Shown in pieces: positions 59,298-64,000 of a stretch of 64,000 bases of DNA; position 1 is the first letter of the stretch, and every line of letters starts with the position of its first letter. This stretch comes from a virus. Made by a program: the position numbers and the translations under genes. The notes below the pieces were generated by a model that saw only the letters and a program-made list of their open reading frames with translations, ran no database searches and was not told the origin of the DNA. Location of the stretch: positions 32,001-96,000 of the IMG/VR virus record IMGVR_UViG_3300044716_001642; one strand, written 5' to 3'.

Positions 59298-59948
59298 TTA
59301 GATATCTACTTGAAACTTCAATTTATTCCAAACTTGGACATTTAGACCAAGATCGTAAAGTGCATCATGCAGCTTTGATTCATCATAAGCTATATTGAAA
59401 TTAGACGCAACCTTTGATAGTGAGTTTTTTGATCCTTTGATAATTTGATTTAATACCTTGTATTGATAAAACGCAAAGTCATTCCCCTTCTGGTATGGAA
59501 TATTATTGAAATAACCCTTAGCCATGGCAAAAGTATCAAATATCGGCTTCTTTGAAAGAATGTCTGGATATGGTCTTCCAAGTTTATTATACATGCATTT
59601 AATTAAATAAATATCAAAACCAAGAATATTGTGCCCAACAACACCATCGCAGCTGTTTAAATTTTCAGCCAATATTTTCAATGCATCTATCGGCTTCAGT
59701 CCATCTTTGTCCATTCTTTCTTGAGAATATGAATATGCCATCGCCTCGGCACCTTTTGAAAACTTAAAATCATCGCCCCAATTAATAAGAATATCCTTGC
59801 CGCCATCAACAGGCTCTCCACCAACGGTATTTATCAAAGCCATTTGCCATGGTAAATTGAATCTATAATTAAGACATAGATTCGCGGTTTCAAAGTCAAT
59901 AAAAAGAAGTTTAACCTTCTTGTTGAACCTAATAAGATTTTCTTCCAT
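59298..59948 (-). CDS. DEDDh 3'-5' exonuclease (DnaQ-like)
   Basis: FIDFET, GHNILGFD, FDT, HDALYD. Confidence 0.9.
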   Translation of the reverse strand: MEENLIRFNKKVKLLFIDFETANLCLNYRFNLPWQMALINTVGGEPVDGGKDILINWGDDFKFSKGAEAMAYSYSQERMDKDGLKPIDALKILAENLNSCDGVVGHNILGFDIYLIKCMYNKLGRPYPDILSKKPIFDTFAMAKGYFNNIPYQKGNDFAFYQYKVLNQIIKGSKNSLSKVASNFNIAYDESKLHDALYDLGLNVQVWNKLKFQVDI

Positions 59949-59950
59949 TT

Positions 59951-60709
59951 TTATTCCTCAATTTTTTCAAGATAAGATTCCATGCAGAATTCGTCACTGC
60001 ACATGTGATCAAGATTTGGTTTTTGCAATGTGGATTTTTTACCAATGCATCTCATTGTCAGGTAAGCAAGAAAGTCGTCTTTCATTTCATAATAAATGGA
60101 TTGAGTTCTTAGTAACTCGCATTCCGAGTAATTTTTATCCATATGCTTGGAAAGCGCAGATTTATAAATTTTATCAAATGGGGTAGAATTATCTTCCCAA
60201 AAAAATGTTGGACAGCTCCAAAAATCAGGGGGGAGGCAGTTGTACATTTTCATATGATTATTAAAAAGAAAACTATCATAAAACGGAACACCAATGTCTA
60301 ATTGGTCATTCCATTCTTGCTTCAATGTTTTAAAATCCATCCTTGGTAAGTAATAAAAACCGCGAGATGCTGCTGTCGAGAATATTTTGCTCAAGGCTTC
60401 ATATCCGCCGGACTCTGTTAAGAAAATTATATATTTTGATTCAGTTTTTATAGACGATTCGCTTTTGTCGTCTATATCTGCACAAAACGTAAGCCTGAGT
60501 CCAAAATTTAATTTTACACCACACTCCTTGGAGTTATAGTAAGCCTCTAAAAAACTACTCATATTATCTTCAATAAGAAAGGAGTTTTCTAAATTATGAT
60601 CCTTTATCAATTTTAGGATTGACCTTGGGCCGGAACTGGCGTGATCTTTCTCTAAAGTGAGTATGCTCTTGTTTAGAGAATAGTGGGATTTGAACGCTGG
60701 AATAATCAT
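59951..60709 (-). CDS. Stand-alone PHP domain of DNA polymerase III alpha (start revised to MIIPAFKSHYS)
   Basis: SHYSL...LIEDNMSSFLEAYY...GVKLNFGL...GYEALSKIFS.A...FYYLPRMD follows the DnaE PHP pattern. Confidence 0.75.
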   Translation of the reverse strand: MIIPAFKSHYSLNKSILTLEKDHASSGPRSILKLIKDHNLENSFLIEDNMSSFLEAYYNSKECGVKLNFGLRLTFCADIDDKSESSIKTESKYIIFLTESGGYEALSKIFSTAASRGFYYLPRMDFKTLKQEWNDQLDIGVPFYDSFLFNNHMKMYNCLPPDFWSCPTFFWEDNSTPFDKIYKSALSKHMDKNYSECELLRTQSIYYEMKDDFLAYLTMRCIGKKSTLQKPNLDHMCSDEFCMESYLEKIEE

Positions 60710-60743
60710 CGTATGGTGACAATATGTTTTTTTTAATACTGTT

Positions 60744-61766
60744 TCAAGGAAAGAATGAGTCGTTGGCTTTAAATGCTGGGCATCCAGCATAATAAGCTTC
60801 CTCAATGGTCCAGTTTTTATTTTTTTTGACTTTTTCTTCTGCGTCTTCTTTTTTGAGATGTGAAGATATTTCAGAATCTTTTCCCTCTTTTGTCGGGTCT
60901 TTAATTTTAAAGAATTTTAATTTGTCCCTATATGGACAAACCCATTTGCCTCTGCCGCAAAGCCAAGACTTCTCCTTATCTTTTGAAGCCATGTTTTCTT
61001 TGGCAGTCTCTTCATTTAGATTTTTAAGAACGTCTGTAATGTATTCCAAATAGTGTTCAAGTCCATCCAGTTCATTTTCTGAAAATTCATTGTGTTGATA
61101 CGGGTCCTCTGGAAAGCGCATAAAGAAGAAGCTGGCTTTATACTGGTCGTAATTTTTCCAAATTTTCCTAGCAACTAATGAATAAATCATTGCTTGAATA
61201 TTAGAGTCTTCATCTTCTCCTTTGAATTTTTTTGAAGAACTTTTGTAATCTAAAATTTTAAGAGTTTTGCCATTGTCCTCTTCTGAAAGTCTATCAATAA
61301 AACCTCTGAGCGCGTATTTTGGACTATCATTAACTATGTCAAATTCATATTCTGAATGGATTACTTTTTGATTACTGCTGTCAATAAATTCAAATTTTAG
61401 CGTAACCATTACCATTTCGCATACGCTTTCCCAGTTATTTTTAACTCCGTATTTGACTTTGATTGGTTTTACTTCTTCGGACTTGTTTAGCTTCTCGTAT
61501 GAGAATTGCCTTTCAAGAAATCTTTTAATTGTTGGAATTTTTTCTGGACTCCCTGCTAGCCATATTTTTTTAATATAGTGATTGTGCTTTGGCTTGGCAA
61601 TAAGCTCAAACAAATTATGAACAACTGTTCCTCTTGAAGCTCCGCTATTGCCACTTTGGGGGATTTTTAAATTATAAGACGCAAAATACTGCCATGAACA
61701 TGAAGTGAATGTCTTAATTTTTGATGCACTCAGGTAGAGTGGTTTTTCTTTTAGTTGTTCTTCCAT
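60744..61766 (-). CDS. PD-(D/E)xK (RecB/Cas4-like) nuclease
   Basis: LSASKI...C.W.Y, GTVVH, RGFIDR, LDYKSS, QAMIY. Confidence 0.85.
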   Translation of the reverse strand: MEEQLKEKPLYLSASKIKTFTSCSWQYFASYNLKIPQSGNSGASRGTVVHNLFELIAKPKHNHYIKKIWLAGSPEKIPTIKRFLERQFSYEKLNKSEEVKPIKVKYGVKNNWESVCEMVMVTLKFEFIDSSNQKVIHSEYEFDIVNDSPKYALRGFIDRLSEEDNGKTLKILDYKSSSKKFKGEDEDSNIQAMIYSLVARKIWKNYDQYKASFFFMRFPEDPYQHNEFSENELDGLEHYLEYITDVLKNLNEETAKENMASKDKEKSWLCGRGKWVCPYRDKLKFFKIKDPTKEGKDSEISSHLKKEDAEEKVKKNKNWTIEEAYYAGCPAFKANDSFFP

Positions 61767-62674
61767 TTTATTATTTGTTCTTCGGTCATTGATCCAAAAT
61801 CATTATATTCTGGAAGTTTAATCATTATCTGATCTTTTGAAAAAAAAGTCTCTAAGTTTTTTTTGAAATTTGTTGCAGCAATATTTCCAGCGCCTGTTTT
61901 TTTATTGTCAACAGTATCATTGTTGAATGCTATTATGATCTTAGCTGGATCCAGCTTCACTAGAGTATAGCAAATATGTTCTAATGAATTTAGCCCAAAA
62001 GAAATAATAAAGTTTTTAACTCCAGCCTGCCACAAGCTCAGCCCATCTCCTATACTTTCAACAATAATACATTCATTTTCTTTACTGATGTGCTCTTGGG
62101 TTAAAAACAATGGATAATTCCAGTCGCTCCTTTTGCCTATGAGTTTCCATTTTATATCATTATTTGAATATACCGATCTTCCTGCGAATCCTCTTATTTT
62201 TTTATCTTCGTCAAAAATAGGAAAAACATATCTGCCTGCCATTTTTCCAGTAGAGCACGATCCTCCCTCAAAAAGATCCAGCGTTTCGTTTTTTACGCCC
62301 CTGTCGTTCCAATATTTATAATTTTTAATAAGCTTCTTTAGCAGTTCTGGATCGAAAAATTTTATATAGTCCAAATTTATTTCCTCCTTATTTTCCGTTG
62401 AGTTTGTAAGTTCTATTCCGTTCTTTTTTATCCATTTTTTTGCAGCAACAAAACTAATTCCAAGAGTCTTCTCTATAAGTTGCTCAATATTTCCAAATTC
62501 GTTTCTTGCGAAATCAATCCATTTGCCATCTTTTTTATTAATTTTTAAAGAAGTTTCATTTCCAGAGTCTCTGTAAAGAGGTTTAGATCTCCATTCTCTA
62601 CCCCTATCATTTAGCTTGTATCCTAACTGCTCCAGTATTTGCTTTATGTCTTCTTGATTATAAGAGGTCGTCAT
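61751..62674 (-). CDS. dnaG: DnaG-like primase (start revised to MTTSYNQ)
   Basis: RYVFPI.D....RGFAGR; TOPRIM IIVESIGD, AFNND, DFG. Confidence 0.85.
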   Translation of the reverse strand: MTTSYNQEDIKQILEQLGYKLNDRGREWRSKPLYRDSGNETSLKINKKDGKWIDFARNEFGNIEQLIEKTLGISFVAAKKWIKKNGIELTNSTENKEEINLDYIKFFDPELLKKLIKNYKYWNDRGVKNETLDLFEGGSCSTGKMAGRYVFPIFDEDKKIRGFAGRSVYSNNDIKWKLIGKRSDWNYPLFLTQEHISKENECIIVESIGDGLSLWQAGVKNFIISFGLNSLEHICYTLVKLDPAKIIIAFNNDTVDNKKTGAGNIAATNFKKNLETFFSKDQIMIKLPEYNDFGSMTEEQIIKWKNN

Positions 62675-64000
62675 TTTCGTTTTTGTCAACGGCTTTTCCA
62701 TTTTTATCAAAGATTTGATATTTTAATCCACCCTTCTTCACTAGGGCATCAAGGCTACCCTTTTCTTCGACATTGAAGTTTTTAACATCAAAAGATATAT
62801 AATTGCTAACAAACTTTTTTTCTCCATCTATATTTCTTTCAACCAAATCAACGTGACCCGCTGCTTCCTTACCCTGGAAGCGGCTCGCTGTTGTGACCAA
62901 TTTATGAGTTCCCCAGTCTTCACCGTCTTCAGCAATTTCTTCAATTGTTTTTCTGCGGAAAATGCCAACATAAGAGGCAAACCACTGTAGTCGATCTGAG
63001 AGCGCGATTGCCGAAGAATCGTCAGAGAAGCTGCCGGCTTTTTTATTTTGACTTTCTCCGCTCCTGTTCATTTGAGTAGAAGTGAGAACCACGCAATTCA
63101 ATTCTTCTCCAAGTTTTTTAAGTTTATCTGTTTTATCGCCAATTACTTGATACTCCTTCCAGGATTCTGAAACGCCTTCTCCAGTCATTTTCAAGTAATC
63201 GTAAGTGATAATTGCTTTTTCGCCCCTTCCGACTTTGGAATAATACCATCTCCTTGCAATAGAGAGTATTTCGCTAGTGTTTTTATTTCCAACTTTAAGA
63301 TGATGAAATTTAAAATTTTTAATTTTTACCCACGTCTCTCGTATTTTTTGAGTCATTTCTGGATTTTTTCTCCAGTTACCGGTATCGATATACCAAAACG
63401 GTATTCCTGAAATTGACGCGATAAGTCTTTTTTGAACATCTAGAGTTTCCATTTCCGTGTCAAGGTATAAACAGGAAACCTGACCGTTGTAAACATTATT
63501 GCAAATTTTATAATTCAAATCGCAAAGCATGGTAGTTTTTCCAGATTTTGGTCTTGCTACAAACGCATATAGATTTTTTGGTCTAAGTCCGCCGTAAAGC
63601 CTATTGAAATCAGTAAACGGGGTCAAGAATCCAGAATCATCAACTGGATTGTTTCCAATTTCCTCAATTTGGAACTGGGCGTCTTCAAAAATATTGACAG
63701 GCTCTTCGAAAAGATCATAAGCGCTAATTTTTTCATTATAAATAGCATCAGCGGCAGAAATAATTTGATCTGCGCTCATCTCTTCTTTTGCGGACATTTT
63801 GCTTTTAAGTTTTTCCGCTGTCTCAAAAATTTCCCTACGAATAGTTAGGGTTTTCAGTGTTTTTGCCGATTCAATAAAAGCCTTTTCAGAAAGGTTGATG
63901 AGGCTGAGACTTTGCAAGTATTCAAAGATATTTACAGTATTCTTGAATGTAATGCCTAAATTTTTAATTTTCTCACTTATTAGAACATTATCAACGTCTT
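62658..64000 (-). CDS. dnaB: DnaB replicative helicase; 5' end lies outside the window
   Basis: ARPKSGKT, LDTEM, YDYLK, STQMNR, SDRLQW; frame stays open upstream of 63917 to the window edge. Confidence 0.92.
   Translation of the reverse strand, partial: DVDNVLISEKIKNLGITFKNTVNIFEYLQSLSLINLSEKAFIESAKTLKTLTIRREIFETAEKLKSKMSAKEEMSADQIISAADAIYNEKISAYDLFEEPVNIFEDAQFQIEEIGNNPVDDSGFLTPFTDFNRLYGGLRPKNLYAFVARPKSGKTTMLCDLNYKICNNVYNGQVSCLYLDTEMETLDVQKRLIASISGIPFWYIDTGNWRKNPEMTQKIRETWVKIKNFKFHHLKVGNKNTSEILSIARRWYYSKVGRGEKAIITYDYLKMTGEGVSESWKEYQVIGDKTDKLKKLGEELNCVVLTSTQMNRSGESQNKKAGSFSDDSSAIALSDRLQWFASYVGIFRRKTIEEIAEDGEDWGTHKLVTTASRFQGKEAAGHVDLVERNIDGEKKFVSNYISFDVKNFNVEEKGSLDALVKKGGLKYQIFDKNGKAVDKNENDDLL

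Noticed and set aside
60744-61766. Cas4 as part of a CRISPR-Cas system
   Set aside because: No array or other cas gene is present; it is a replication-module PD-(D/E)xK nuclease without the full four-Cys pattern evident
261-62321. Many short plus-strand or alternate-frame ORFs in the track (e.g. 261-503, 2809-3087, 18280-18654, 41957-42462, 51644-52159, 55455-55904)
   Set aside because: They are shadows of longer motif-bearing genes, with no recognisable motifs and composition typical of antisense frames
1-64000. Alternative genetic code (stop reassignment)
   Set aside because: Conserved enzymes (ThyX, UvsE, ligases, DnaB, primase) are full length under the standard code; the dnaE breaks are explained by intein motifs and separate starts
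1-64000. Eukaryotic giant virus origin, suggested by P4H, Gnt1, SET and mucin-like genes
   Set aside because: DnaE/DnaB/DnaG replication, a tmRNA, sigma70-type promoters and overlapping operonic genes indicate a bacteriophage

Overview
An AT-rich, densely coding segment of a large (jumbo-type) dsDNA bacteriophage genome. Almost all genes are on the minus strand. There is no capsid, terminase, integrase, rRNA or CRISPR array in the window, and the host cannot be assigned. The right end (55.4-64 kb) is a replication module: DnaB helicase, DnaG-like primase, PD-(D/E)xK nuclease, and a DNA polymerase III alpha broken into separate ORFs. Those pieces are a stand-alone PHP domain, a DnaQ-like exonuclease, a catalytic core ending in an N-intein, and a C-intein fused to the DnaE C-terminus, with a NUMOD3/Vsr-like endonuclease between the two intein halves (a 'fractured gene' needing protein trans-splicing). 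Downstream lie GT4- and GT9-like glycosyltransferases and a Rad52-like annealing protein. The middle holds a complete one-piece tmRNA with an unusually long 35-aa tag and an adjacent HNH-like endonuclease, two RNA ligases, a Pnkp-like kinase/phosphoesterase pair, ThyX, a PhyH dioxygenase, a SET protein, a prolyl-4-hydroxylase, a LAGLIDADG endonuclease, a mucin-like Pro/Thr-rich protein, six YopX paralogs and many small early genes behind sigma70-like promoters. The left end carries two GTDC1/QTMAN-like glycosyltransferases with a 2OG-Fe(II) oxygenase between them, UvsE, dCMP deaminase, a MoxR/VWA pair and a Gnt1-like GlcNAc transferase. All family calls come from motifs recognised by eye; no database search was run.
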